Source: Orbicella franksi
Taxonomy: Eukaryota
NCBI GenBank assembly: GCA_964199315.1
Contig: OZ116698.1
Span: 19,964,001-20,028,000 of the forward strand
DNA length: 64,000 nt
Direction: 5' to 3'
Shown here: positions 1 to 12,767 of the stretch, piece by piece
How the letters are laid out: each line of letters opens with the position of its first letter
Numbering within the stretch: the first letter of the stretch is position 1
Made by a program: the position numbers and the translations under genes
Notes under the pieces: generated by a model
Told to the model about the DNA's origin: nothing
What the model saw: the letters and a program-made list of their open reading frames with translations, nothing else
The model's database searches: none

Positions 1-176
1 TTTTCGTCGCGGCATTTTCTAAAAGAAATAGAAACCATGTTCTTCGTGTTTCTATCATGTTATAGAAACACTCGTAAAAGTTTGGCAGAGCTCTAATAGC
101 ATTTCTCGTTCTCCCAAACTTCATGTTTCTATAACTCGACAAAACTCAGTACACATGTACATGTATTCTATTTCTT

Positions 177-377
177 AATAGACCTCTTTAGCTTGGGCGG
201 TTTGTTTTCCCATTGTAGACCACGTGATATTCTCCAGAGAATTTTTCTTTTATCTTTCTTAAAATGATTCATTCATGCACATGCGACTATTTAAAAATTT
301 GAAAGCAAGAATTCTCAAGAGTATCATCACGTGGTCTACAATGGGAAAACAAACCGCCCAAGCTAAAGAGGTCTATT
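177..377. mobile_element. MITE/foldback element with perfect 52-bp terminal inverted repeats
   Basis: 177-228 is the exact reverse complement of 326-377. The termini are AATAGACCT...AGGTCTATT. Confidence 0.8.
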
Positions 378-622
378 GTCTGTGAAACATTGCATATATT
401 TCTACCATTACATAAAGAACTTACAGGGCACTCAAATATTTTGCTGCCTTTTTGTTATCATTAGCCTGTGTGTAATTAATGAAACATGCCATACAAATAG
501 TAAAATACATACATCATAATTCACTTCCTTACATTTTCAGCAGAATGTGCTGTTCACTACAAGCAAACAGATTAAAAAATGCAAACACGATGCTAACAAT
601 GTCCTTTGCAACATACAATGTC

Positions 623-3600
623 TTAAGTTAGCAAGACGAGCTTTCCTTTTGCTCCTTTGCCTTCCATAATATCTCTGTGTGCATCTGAAGCGTGGCTCAG
701 CTGATATTCACGTCCAACAATTGGGCTCAAAAAACCTGCCTGCAGCCCAGCTGCTATTGCAGATGCCATTTCTTGCAGCTCACTCTATAAAGTGTCATAG
801 AAAATTAATACAGAAAAATACATTAATAAAATAAATTAGAAAGTACATTTCCTACCACTACTTTTTATATCCAATGTCTGCACAGCCCAACAATATAAAA
901 CTGGATATTCTGAAAGATCCATTTAAGATACATGTATGTAAGTCACTGTAATATTAGCTAAAAGCCTATGTTATCAATCATTTAGTAGATTTAACTTGAG
1001 AATCCTGTTTATTATAATATTAGTAGTAATAATAATAATAATAATAATAATTTTTAAATTTTTAAATCTTACAGGACCCCTTTGATAACAGTACTTTATA
1101 GTACTGATGGGTTAATCCTGTCTAAAGATTCGTTATTATTTATTATTATTATTATTAATATGAATAATTAATAATAGAAATTTAACAATTTATAATAATA
1201 GCCTCTTCAGTTTACAGCTCCTGTATGTACTTTCTTGTATGACAAAGAAATAATGAATAAGTAGACAAACGTAACTGTAGCCGTGAAGAACAATATAATT
1301 GTTAACTAGGATCCTTTTATTAAGATATCATAGTGTAAAGGATACTTTAACATACTTCAAGAATAGCCTGACTGTCATAAAAGATATTGTTTTTGATGTA
1401 ATGATCTCACAAATTTTCATATCAGTACTTTAAAAGATCCTGTGTGTTGGATCCTTTAATTTAATGGGTGCAAATTTTAGTATAAATAACTCTAGAGAGT
1501 GAACATAAACAATGATGATCACCAGCCTGGTGCGATAATTTCACTCATATTTACTGCAGAATTTCTTCTTGTCACCCATCACCTTGTAATAAAAATTCCC
1601 ATAATGTTAATTTAAATGCAAAGTTTTCTTACTTCGGTAGCTCGAGGTAAGAGAACACCAACAATGCTGCATTCCTTAGCCATGGTTTCTCTCGGATTAA
1701 TTTCAATTGTTCCTCTGCTGCCAACAACCTAAAAAAATAACATGGCTAATCAATGAGTCCAGAGATTTTGTATATTTACAAATTTCTGGTTCAATGCACA
1801 GTTGTTTATTTCAATTAAACTCAATGTTTCACCGTTCTCATGCAAATTCTAAATAAGTTGTGGGATGAGTAGGCAGAGGCTTAAGTCTTATCTTCCTCAC
1901 TGATGTTGACTGATGTTCTGAAACATGTACTGCCAATTATTAGAATTATCATTTCTTCCAATATTAATGTCATGCGTGAGGTACTAAATGTTATTTCTAA
2001 AACAGGCATACCCCTATGCGCCCTTTGTTTGCCACAAGCTTCAGATCTTTTGATAAACTGGCATTTGCTAACATTTCTATGATGACATCTGCACCATGAC
2101 CATCAGTTGCATCCTGTAGAAAATAAAATAATATAAAATATCAATTAATTAAAAACTTTTTAATTTTAAACTTCATGAGTCATGTACATATTTTCAAAAT
2201 TTCAAAATTTACTACATGTATAATACTAATATCACAATACCACAGTACCAAAATATTCTGAACATATCCATCTTGTCTGTGGTTAAAAGCCTTAAAGGCC
2301 CCAGCCTGTTTGACCACCTCTTCACCTTCAGCAGTTCCTGCTGTTCCCAGCACCTTCATTCCATAAGCTTTAGCAAGTTGTACAGTTGCTAAGCCAACCT
2401 AAAGAAGTAATCAAAGATGACATTGCCATCCTTGAAGTAACAAACACAATCTAGTTATGTAATTAAGTCTGAAGCATTTTCTGACATACAAAAACAAACG
2501 TTTAAACATTTTGACTAAATTATGTAGGTTTTTACTAATTAATGAATACAGAAGACTACCGGTCCTCAATAAAAACTGCAAGTACCTGTAATTACAGTGT
2601 AGGATTGTAATAAATATTAAGCTGCAATAATTTTTCCATTTCCCTCAGATTAAGTTTTTAATTGAACTTACTATTGAAAACACATCTCATGGGATTTTCC
2701 ACACAGAAGGTAGTATGATAAACACTAAGCATTTAAGGATTTATTTCTAGCAGTACTGGTTTGCACTTTTTACATGGAATGCCCCACAGATGTTTTATGC
2801 AAGAATATTTTTAAATTATAACATCATGACTGACCCCAGCAACAATTATGGCAATTGAAATAGGTTTGGTTATTTGAATGAGTGATGCTTTAAGAAGTAA
2901 AAATCNNNNNNNNNNNNNNNNNNNNNNNNNNNNNNNNNNNNNNNNNNNNNNNNNNNNNNNNNNNNNNNNNNNNNNNNNNNNNNNNNNNNNNNNNNNNNNN
3001 NNNNNNNNNNNNNNNNNNNNNNNNNNNNNNNNNNNNNNNNNNNNNNNNNNNNNNNNNNNNNNNNNNNNNNNNNNNNNNNNNNNNNNNNNNNNNNNNNNNN
3101 NNNNNNNNNNNNNNNGAGTGTCGTAAAACCAAAACCAAACCAATTACATACCAATTAAACTACTCAGCCAATTTCAAACTGTAGTAAAACTAAAACCAAA
3201 ACCAAAGTAATTGTCTAATTACTTTTGCCACTCAAATGAAAACCGCTATTAATAATAATAATAATAATAATAATACTTACGACGCGTTAAAAAAGTTGCC
3301 CGCTCGAAGTTGAACGGTGGAAACTTGATACAAGCCATAAACACCTGGACAGTGTCACTCGTTAGATATGCAGGAGGAATACTTGAATGGAGGAAACAAA
3401 AACTTCGGGACCTAGACCGCAGAACAAGAAAATTGCTAACCATGAATCGACGGGACTGCGTGGCACGACTTTATGTGCCAAGGAAGGACGGAGGGAGAGG
3501 TTTGATATCAGTAGAGGATTGTGTCAATCAAGCAAAGATATCGCTAGAATGTTATGTCCAAACAAGCGAGGAAGAACTGTTAAAAGCCGTCAGGAGGGAT

Positions 3601-4536
3601 GGGGATGAGAATAGAGAAACAGCTGCCAACTTTAAAGCGAGGAGAAGAACTGAAAGCATTCAAGACTGGAAAGAAAAGCCGTTATATGGACAGTTTGCAA
3701 GAAAGGGTGACGAACAAAGAAGTGAGGAAACATGGACCTGGTTAAAAGAAGGAAAGCTCAAGAGAGAAACAGAAGCTCTTATCATTGCTGCACAAGATCA
3801 AGCAATACGAACAAACTATATTAAAACGATGGTTGACAAGTCACAGAATGACCCGAAATGTAGAATCTGTAAGCAGAGTAACGAGACCATTAGCCATATT
3901 GTAAGTTCGTGCTCGAAACTGGCACAAAAAGAATACAAAAGGAGACATGATAACGTGGCTAGAGCAATCCATTGGGACCTGTCAGGAAAATGTGGGTGTG
4001 AACGAAAGGAGAGATGGTATGACCATGTTCCAGACAGTGTACTTGAAAATGAGGATTACAAACTTCTATGGGACTTCAGTGTGCGAACAGACCATGAAAT
4101 AGGGGCTAGGAGACCGGATTTGGTGATCATTGACAAGAGAGACAAGAGCTGTCAGATTATAGATGTGGTAATTCCAGAGGATAATGGGGTGAGAGAGAAG
4201 GAAGATGAAAAAGTTAAAAAGTATCAAGATCTAGCAAGAGAAGTTCGAAAACTGTGGGGTGTGAGGACAAAGGTTATTGCAGTGGTAGTGGGAGCATTGG
4301 GATCAATACCACTGAGATTGAATGACAATCTGAGAGCCATTGAGGTGGGCATTCCCGTTGGACTGATCCAGAGATGTGCATTGTTGGGGTCGGCAAGAAT
4401 TCTTAGAAAGGTGCTGGAGAGGTAGAAAGAAGAGAAAAGCAAACAAGGGGTGTTTCTTGGCTTCCCTAGGCAACTTGTTGTTGCCCGGAGCCAATGACGA
4501 AACCACCTTCAATATCATCAATAGCTGTGCGAATCT

Positions 4537-4577
<41 letters not shown>

Positions 4578-7500
4578 ATAAAAAGAGGAGTGTTTATTGT
4601 GACAAAAACTAGAGCTAAGCTTTACAAAATGCTATAATATTTACGTAATTTGATGTCTGTTAAACCTGTAAAACATGTTTCCGTATCTAATCATGATATC
4701 ATGGTTACTACAACTAATACTAATACTACTATCATCATCATAACATTAATTAACATATTCCATACAAATTGGTATATACAAGGTAAAAGTAAGTAAAAGA
4801 AATAAACTATTAAAACGTATTTCAACAGTGTTTACATAATGGCTCCCTCCTGGGTTTCAATGTCAATATCGGTATATTACAAGGTAAAAGTAAATTAAAA
4901 GAAATAAACTATTAAGACCTATTTCAACAGTGTTTACAATAACAATAATAATATATTATATTATTATATATTATATTATTATATAATAATAATAATAATA
5001 ATAATAATTATAATCATAATAATAATATTTATCCAGGGAGCCCACTCGCCTTGGCGGTTTTCAGTGGGACACTAGCCTACAAATCATAATAAAAATTAAA
5101 AACAAGAGGATAGATAAAAAATTGAAATTACGATATAAAGCTAATTTTAAGATAATTTAACAATTACATAGGGCATTATTTACGAAATTTTGCATTTTGC
5201 CTTAATATATAACTATGTAATGTAATATACTGCTATAAGTGCATGCACACAGTCCACAGATAAACAGATACAAACTGAATGTAATACTAAATAAAAAGTA
5301 GTATTTCCCTACTCCTCCACTGGCTCCGTGGACTAAAACTGTTTCTCCTGCCTTGGCATGTAGACTGTGGCATGAAATGAAATAAAAAAAATATTGTTAA
5401 ACTTTGTTTCAAATATGTTGTTAAAAATTGGACTGACTGTACATAACAATCTGCAATTTTATCTGTTACTTGCACCAGTCTCATATTCTGATGTATAATT
5501 CGAAAACCCACCATTGAGTTCTTCGATCAGTAGCTAAAGAGTTATGATCCAAAATATGATTGATGACTATACGTATGGTGAGGAAATTACACATATTTTT
5601 GATTATGTTGTGATGTTGATATTGAAATTCAGGGTCCATAACTTCCAGCTAACAATATTTAAACTTAACACCAACCTTAAATAGTGTACCCCCCACCCCA
5701 CCCTGAATGACTAATCCCAGGTATTTAACAAGAGAAATACAGTAAAAATGTGAGCAGCTCGCACACATACTGTAGATCTACAAATAGCATGTTAAATTGG
5801 ACTGAACTTGGCTTATCTCCCATTACCTCTTTGTCTCTCAAAATGAAATGCTGACAATTGTCAGAAACTACTTAATAGTAAATTTTATTTAGAAATAATT
5901 GTTATACCCTATTTATGACATATTATTAACAAAAATCTCACCTTTGAAATAATGCTCTGTAGGCTGTGTAATAGGGTATATAGATGGCTGCTCCTTGACT
6001 GAAAGAAATGTTGTCGGGGATAAGATGCACACTGCTGGCCTTACACAAAGCAAACTCTGCATAAGTCCCTGTTAAGCTTCCACATACATAAACACGGTCT
6101 CCTGCCTGATGAGAAAAATCAGTCCACAATACTTAACCAAAAATTAACTTCTGATGTACTAAAGAAATACAAGTTGCACAATCAATATTATTATTATAGA
6201 TGCGAGTCTATGAGCTGTGGATACAGTGAAACCCCGTTAATATGGTCACCAACGGGCCATAAAAATTTGGCCGTATTAATGGGGTGGCCGTATTAATGGG
6301 GTTAAGCGAAATTCACAATTGGTCTAAATTGAGTGACATCTTAACAGACATATCAAAATTGCACCTCTAAACAACTGTTCTTTTAACAAGCACCCAGAAT
6401 GCAGATATAAAACTTAAAAAAATTGAAACTTCAATCAGTAAATACAACATTACAGACTGTATAAACAATGAAAAGATGAACATAACTGGTTAGAGCGGGA
6501 GTATAAACAGGGTAAAAAATTATAAAGAATTTATACAGGTTGGGATTTTAGAATGTGGCCGTTGGCCGTATTGACAGAGTGGTTGCATTAACAGGGTTTT
6601 CTTATATGAAAATATACGGGCATTTTGCTGAGACAAGAAAGACTGGCCAAAATAATGAGATGACCATATTAAGAGGTGACTATGTCAAACATGCATCTTC
6701 ACATAGCGACATCTGTACAGCTAGGGGTGATCAGTGCCCCCTCTTGAGCTTGGTCTAACAGCTGCATTAGGTTTTGTTCTGTCTCAGTCACAATATGACT
6801 ACATGTGCAAAATGTGGAAAATGTAGATGTTTGCCAATTATATATATATAACATCCATGGAAGTAGCAAAGAAAGTATTTAAAAATATCTGAACATGAAA
6901 GTTGATGCATAATTTGCAAAAAGTGAGGAATTTATACAAAAGTTTTAGTAGACTAATTAAATTGGTTTTGCTCATAACTTGTAAGCAAACCTTATGTTCT
7001 GAGTTTTCTCCGACAAAGTATCATTAAAAACAATCATTGAATTCAGGTTTTCGTGATATCCAGAATATCATCATGGTCTGATGGTAAGTGTTCACATCTT
7101 CTGAGCCTTTCATTGATCAGGCTTCATTGATAACATTGAGGTCATCTTTTATTATTCTGAATATCAAGAAAAACATCAACCAGTAATAATTGTTTAAAGT
7201 TCAGGTCAGCTTCTACAGTACATAATTCAATGCTGGACACTTCAATATTTCATTTTTTATGATTTTTACTCTGTTATTGCCAAGACTTTGCACTTAATGT
7301 CTTGTAACTCACTTTAACGTTTGTAACATTCTCGCCCACACTGTGTACCACCCCAGCACCATCAGATCCTGGTGTGTAGGGAAGTACTGGTTTAATAGCA
7401 TACTTTCCAGTTGCGATATATGTGTCCACGGGATTCACACCAGCTGCCCCCATTTTAACCAGTACCTACAGTTAAATATAACAAGAGAAAGAAATAAAAG

Positions 7501-8269
7501 CAATCCTATTGTAATCTATAAACTTCACAAATTTAATACTAAATTTTCCAAGATGTTAGACAGTCATGAAGTAATAAAAATTTCCCAGTTGTCAGGGGCA
7601 CCCAACGACCGTTTTCTCTCTAATGCTGTTAGATGCTGTTTTAGGCTATCTGGAGTACTTTTAAAGCGCTGTAGGTTAATTTTAGGTTGCACTAAAAAAT
7701 TTTTATCTGTTCGGATATTCTAGGGGAACTTGAGTATTCTCGAATTTATTAGGGCTTTTTTGTCCATTTCCCGAAAACCTTAGGTCTTATCGCCTTTCCG
7801 AAAATGATAGCTGACCTTTTTTCGGTACTCAAAACGACATTTTCAACAGTCCGAAAACAACAGACATTAAATTTCTCATATCCCGAAAGTTCGAGGTGCC
7901 AATTCTCTCAAGAAAATCAGAGGGGATTAAAGGCCTTCCGAACAGATAATTTACCGAAACGATCCGTTGGGTGCCCCTGAGTTGTGGTAACACATAGACT
8001 GGCTCTTGACTCTCTATGTACTACAACATTGAGGTCCACCAACCACTCCCAACGTCCATTCCTCTCCGTCTCTGAGAAGGTTATTAAACGAACAGTGAAC
8101 GAAGAAACCATGCTTTTAATGTTCTTTTTTTATGTTAACAAAGACAAATTTAGGAGAAAGATAAAAATAAAATTCTTACCCGTCCAATAGATACACTAGG
8201 AATGGGAACATCTGAGACAAGTTTGAGTACTTCGGGCCCACCGAACGACGACACGCGAATCGCCTTCAT
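623..8269 (-). CDS. CRYZ: Quinone oxidoreductase / zeta-crystallin paralogue 1 (MDR family), 8 exons, 322 aa
   Basis: Exons in minus-strand order: 8180-8269, 7313-7465, 5942-6105, 5313-5364, 2249-2398, 2012-2113, 1633-1728, 623-784. All introns are GT-AG and the spliced frame is open. The protein runs [83 protein letters not shown], matching recalled vertebrate CRYZ motifs. Confidence 0.95.
2906..3115. other. Assembly gap (210 N)
   Basis: Run of N inside CRYZ-1 intron 4. Confidence 1.
3274..4537 (+). mobile_element. 5'-truncated R4/Dong-like non-LTR retrotransposon (RT thumb, CCHC zinc knuckle, REL endonuclease, 3' UTR)
   Basis: The frame is open from 3274 to 4425: [67 protein letters not shown]. 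It is flanked by (TAA)8 at 3250-3273 and (TAA)10 at 4538-4567, and lies antisense in CRYZ-1 intron 4. Confidence 0.88.
4771..4938 (+). repeat. About 66-bp imperfect direct repeat with a 100-bp period, among TAA-rich tracts
   Basis: GGTATAT(T)ACAAGGTAAAAGTAA..GAAATAAACTATTAA..TATTTCAACAGTGTTTACA starts at 4771 and at 4871. Confidence 0.8.
6224..6690. mobile_element. Tc1/mariner/pogo-like MITE remnant
   Basis: TA|CAGTGAAACCCCGTTAATATGGTCACC left end, a 17-bp tandem GGCCGTATTAATGGGGT twice at 6269-6302, and related subrepeats near 6555-6690. The right TIR was not found. Confidence 0.5.
7593..7979. mobile_element. Non-autonomous DNA transposon with perfect 15-bp TIRs and an AGTTGT flanking duplication
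   Basis: CAGGGGCACCCAACG at 7593-7607 and CGTTGGGTGCCCCTG at 7965-7979. AGTTGT occurs at 7587-7592 and 7980-7985. Confidence 0.8.
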
Positions 8270-9315
8270 CGCATCAAAGTTAGAGACAGTGCGAGGTCTC
8301 TCGATTCCCTCTCGCTGAAAACAGATTCCGCCCGAAAGAAGAAACCCTCTCAAACTCTATTTAACACTTCCAAAACAATCGTAGCTCATGATTTACACCG
8401 CTTTCTCTTCGTCCACTATCCTTCAGTACCCACAAGTCTTGGTAAATTCTCGGCACCAGGGCTCTTGAGCCCTTGATTCTGCTCGCCGCGCCGATGGGTT
8501 TTGTGGTGGATGTTACAGCTAAGGAATGAACCAAGCAATTGGATGGTACTATTGGAACGAGGGATGGCGAAAGAAGACCGCCCACAACTTCTAAGACGAC
8601 CACTAGCACTAACAGCACATCGACATCAGCATCCAGTAACATGGTTTATGCAAAAAGCGCCTTCACTGTTCCAAACACTATGGGTCATGATGAAACTGTA
8701 ATTTGCAAACCATTGCACTAGTTTAGACTCATGAAAAAGTTCGACGTTTACCCGTAACCTTAACCATTATCGACTTTTCAGGCTTTAATTTCGCAGCTGA
8801 TGTGATAAGAAAAAAACGGGCCAAACATTGACATGGCAACGGTATGACCGAATAAAACCGTCACTCATGATTTTATAACTCGAAAGAATTCAGTAACCAT
8901 AATTGTAATCAGCATGTCAATGTTAAACTATCCGCAAAGTTTAAAAGTCAGGATTTAACCGTTCGTTTCTTAGTTATAAGCATAGCTGAAATAAGAGTAT
9001 TTTTAACGGGTCATGAAGTTGGTATGGTAGCGTTTTTTGTCACGAAAATGGGCATAGTTCGTTTATCAATGACTTAAAAATAATCAGTCTATCATTAGTA
9101 ACAAGAAACTTAAATTTAATACAAACTGGACTATACGGCCAAGCGTGAAACACGCCCAAAACTTAATTAACGCTTAAACATACGTCACCGGCGTATTTCT
9201 TATCATTCATAAGATTTCCGAGTCAAGTCATTTCCCAAACTAACGTTAACCTGTCATATCTGTTGTTACTACTATTTATTGAAGACAACAAGTTTCCTTT
9301 CTGAATCTTCTTTAA

Positions 9316-9676
9316 GGCCCCGTCCATACTACGAGGACGAAATTTGAAACTACGGTTAGGCCTACCGTCCACACTAATCCGTCACAAAAACGGAGCTTTT
9401 CGAAAACGCTCTTAAAACCAGAGGAATTTGAAAACACCAGCTTTGCGTTTTAGTGTGAACGGGAAACATTTTGAAAAAGCAGGTTTTCAAACAACGATGG
9501 CGTCTTAATAATCATGTGATTAACCCAAACAAGTGAGGCTGCACCCAAGCTTTTCTGTCGCCAGTGGTTGTTGCGTTTTCAAATTCCTCCAACGTAGTGT
9601 GGACGGAAAACGTTTGATTCGTTTTCGGAGTTAAAACTCCGTTTACAAATTTCTCGGGCGTAGTGTGGATGGGGTT
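9316..9676. mobile_element. PIF/Harbinger-type (Tourist-like) MITE
   Basis: Imperfect TIRs GGCCCCGTCCATACTACG / CGTAGTGTGGATGGGGTT, with a TAA duplication at 9313-9315 and 9677-9679. Confidence 0.75.
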
Positions 9677-9989
9677 TAAGTAATAACTGGTTCATCACGA
9701 ATTTAACGTGAGAAAAAGCTAAACTAAAAGTAACCTTACTCACAATATCACAAATTACTTTTCGCTATACAATTTACAAGAGTGTAATAACACATGTAAC
9801 TTGTTTTGAATCATTTATCAATTGAAACATTATGCAGCGTTTCCACATGACGTCAAGGCGACCATATTGATATTCCCAAGCAATGACATTTCTCTCCTTT
9901 TGGGAAATAAGTTCCTTCCTTATGTAGATTAGAAACTTCCTTTTATAAAAACATCTTTTGTTACAAATTAATCTATATAAGTTTAACTT

Positions 9990-10461
9990 ATTAACGTCAG
10001 TTTTTTTCTGCGTCTGTCCTCTTATTGATGATAAATTGGGTCATAACATTGACAAAATGGCTGTGGAACCACGAGCCGCAGGCGAATGGTCCCGCACTAA
10101 ACTTTGACAAAGTTATGACGAAATTTATGATCAATAAGAGGACAGACGCATAAAAAAACTGACGTCAATTTGTTTTTTACAATAATAAGACCCCAAAACG
10201 GTCAAATGCTGGGAATAAATGGAGGGAAAAGACGCCGTAAACTTGCCGTTAACAAAGATAAGTTCATTCTTTTCAAAATGACGTGAACATCGTCAATAGC
10301 TTTTCTCGCTTTTTGATTGGCTACTTGAAAAAGTCCATAAAATCTTATTGGTTGAAAAGTTGACAGTTATTAATTTAAATTAAAATTTTATCCGTCCGTA
10401 CTCTTGTTGATGATAAAAATGAGCCAATCAGCACGCGAGAAATTAGACAGTTATTGTAAAA
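9990..10461. repeat. Hairpin-headed interspersed repeat
   Basis: About 69-bp inverted arms at 9990-10058 and 10101-10169 around a GAGCCGCAGGCGAATG spacer. The tail ends in GACAGTTATTGTAAAA. Confidence 0.6.
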
Positions 10462-10640
10462 TGTTTCTTTTAAATCACTTCTTTCACAGTTATGTCCTGA
10501 TTCATTTAATACCATACTGAGCCACTGTATAGTTATCTAACGGGGCGAAACGACTAAGGCAAAAGCAACGTTTTCAGAATTAAAGTTCTTTTTGGATCCT
10601 ACGTGATGAAATTGAGTTATTTTTGTTGATATGTAATGGT

Positions 10641-10947
10641 AATTGAACTGAGTGGAGTGCAATTTGGTCTGAAATCATACGCGTGATCTGAAATCACAAG
10701 TATGATTTCAGACTAAAATTGCGCGACACGAAGTTCAATTGCCACTTTATTAGATCCCTTTTGAAATCGTACAATTTTATCGTCTTAAATTTTAGATTTT
10801 TGGTGTATTGTTCCAGTAGCCGGAAACGCCTTTACGTCTCATTCAGTATGCAAAACGATGTCATGTGACGAAAACTCATTCATTCGCATCACTGAGAGCC
10901 AATCAGATTGCAAGGATAACCAGTGATTTCAAAATGGATGTAATAAA
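10641..10947. repeat. Hairpin-headed interspersed repeat
   Basis: Inverted arms at 10641-10687 and 10693-10740 (AATTGAACT..GAAATCATAC / GTATGATTTC..AGTTCAATT), followed by a tail to GATGTAATAAA. Confidence 0.55.
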
Positions 10948-12087
10948 ATCCAAAACGAAAATTAAAAATGACATGCAGTTGCAACTGCTCTTACTGAGCG
11001 AATCCAAAGGTTTAATGAGTAGTAGCTGGTTGGTGTGCTTTTTGTCAAAGCGTCATAACCAAAGTCATATTCAGCTTCGTAGCCGTTTCTTAGCTCAATA
11101 AAAGAAGCGGCATCATTAGTTTCTGTTATTCCAATCCCGTGATCAGCTCCTGAACAACCACTTCCACCATCCTTCCCACCTCCACCAATCATCATCACTG
11201 ATCCATCATACCCGTCACACCAGAAGCCGATCCTGTTGGCGTTTTGAAGGTTTCCATTGCAATGACCTTTGTAAAACCCTTCGGTATACTGGTACTCACC
11301 ACCAAAGGTAACCACGCAACTTCCCCGACACCGGTAATTGGACCAAACTTTTCCATTTCTAAAATCACCGTAGCTTGTGATTTTTGATCGGAATGTTTTT
11401 CCAGCCAAACAGGAGTGTGAGTAGGGTCATCACTACGCGTAATCTTCAACTCTCTGCCGCTGGTCAACCAAAACGCCGGCGAGATCATGTCAGCGTTAAC
11501 AGTCGGATCAGTTGTGTTTCCAACAGCGGCATGACGATCATACCACCAAGTTCCTTGGACATCCATCCAATGTTTGTGGTCCTTATTTGAGAATCGAGCA
11601 ATCAACGTCCAGCCCAGAACATCACAGTAGGCCTAATTAGGAGAGAGATGCAGAACGGTTTCACATATCAGAAGGGTTATTTTCGGTAAGAAAAAAATGA
11701 TAACTTTCAATTTACATGGCTTTCTTAAACATGGAGTATGAAGAAGTAAATCTCAGAGATAGGTCTCCTAGCCTCGACAATAAAAACAGCGACAATAACA
11801 GCGAAAGCAACAAAGATGACAACGACAACATTTATTTTAAAATCATAGATGACCAAATTGAAATATAGAAACTATGAAAGGCTTATATTAAAGTTCCATA
11901 TTTCCCCGACGTTTGACCCTAATAAATCTCCTTGACAAATATTAAGTCTTGACTTATAAAGAATATGAAATTTTGTCTTCTTTAAGTTGACAGGCTAATA
12001 AAATCCTATAAAACTGCGATAACTTAATCATGATGAAAACAAATGCAAGATACCCCAGCCGGAAACGTACTGCTAAACATCCTTTAA

Positions 12088-12749
12088 GGTAGCTCCCTAT
12101 AGTGTTACGATCGCACGCGCGCTAAGGACGAAAGCTCAAGTAATCTGCGTGCGCTCTAAGGAGAACGTCAGTGTTTTTGATGACGTCAACATGAGCACAA
12201 AAAGTAAAAAGAAAAATCACAAATTTCATATTTTATGACGTCAACATGAGGACAAAAAGCAAAACTGACAATGAATTTTCTTGCGTTTCCTTCGGTCAAA
12301 TTCCGTAAAATTTGGCAGATTGGTAGTAAGTAGTTTAGTTTAGTCGGAGCTCGTTTTTCAGGGAAATCTATAAGACAGATTTTTTGCAGCGGTAAAATTT
12401 GAAAACATCGAAAAACCTGCCTTTACAAACCCTACCTTTTTTGTGTTTAAAATTCGTATTTCGCTGGAGGTGATGTGCTGTAAAACTTTTGGAAGATTTC
12501 ACCGAAGGACATTCAAGAAAATCACAAATAAAGTCATAAAAACAGTAAAAAACACATTTGTTTGGGTATTTATAATTCAAGACTAAAGCCCAAAATTTTA
12601 ACAGAGATTGTAGCAAAACACTATTTAATCATTGGTTATTACATGTAATGAGTTTGAGAGGACTGGGTGTGAAAGCGAATGCAAAAACAGCATTCAAAAC
12701 ATAACACTTGCGCGCGCAACGCCATAAATGACTACCCTATAGAGCCACC
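12088..12749. mobile_element. TTAA-flanked non-autonomous DNA transposon (Kolobok-like)
   Basis: TTAA|GGTAGCTCCCTATAG ... CTATAGAGCCACC|TTAA, with TTAA at 12084-12087 and 12750-12753. Confidence 0.65.
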
Positions 12750-12767
12750 TTAAGGGGTGTTAAAAAA

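Noticed and set aside
2811-3154. Four ORFs spanning the N run
   Set aside because: Artefacts of translating the assembly gap.
3310-4425. Stand-alone nuclease gene or full-length active retroelement
   Set aside because: It lacks the RT core and a true ATG, and begins abruptly at the microsatellite, as expected for 5' truncation.
8270-8353. N-terminal extension (targeting peptide) of CRYZ-1
   Set aside because: It starts at TTG just after an in-frame stop, has no ATG, and is absent from paralogue 2.
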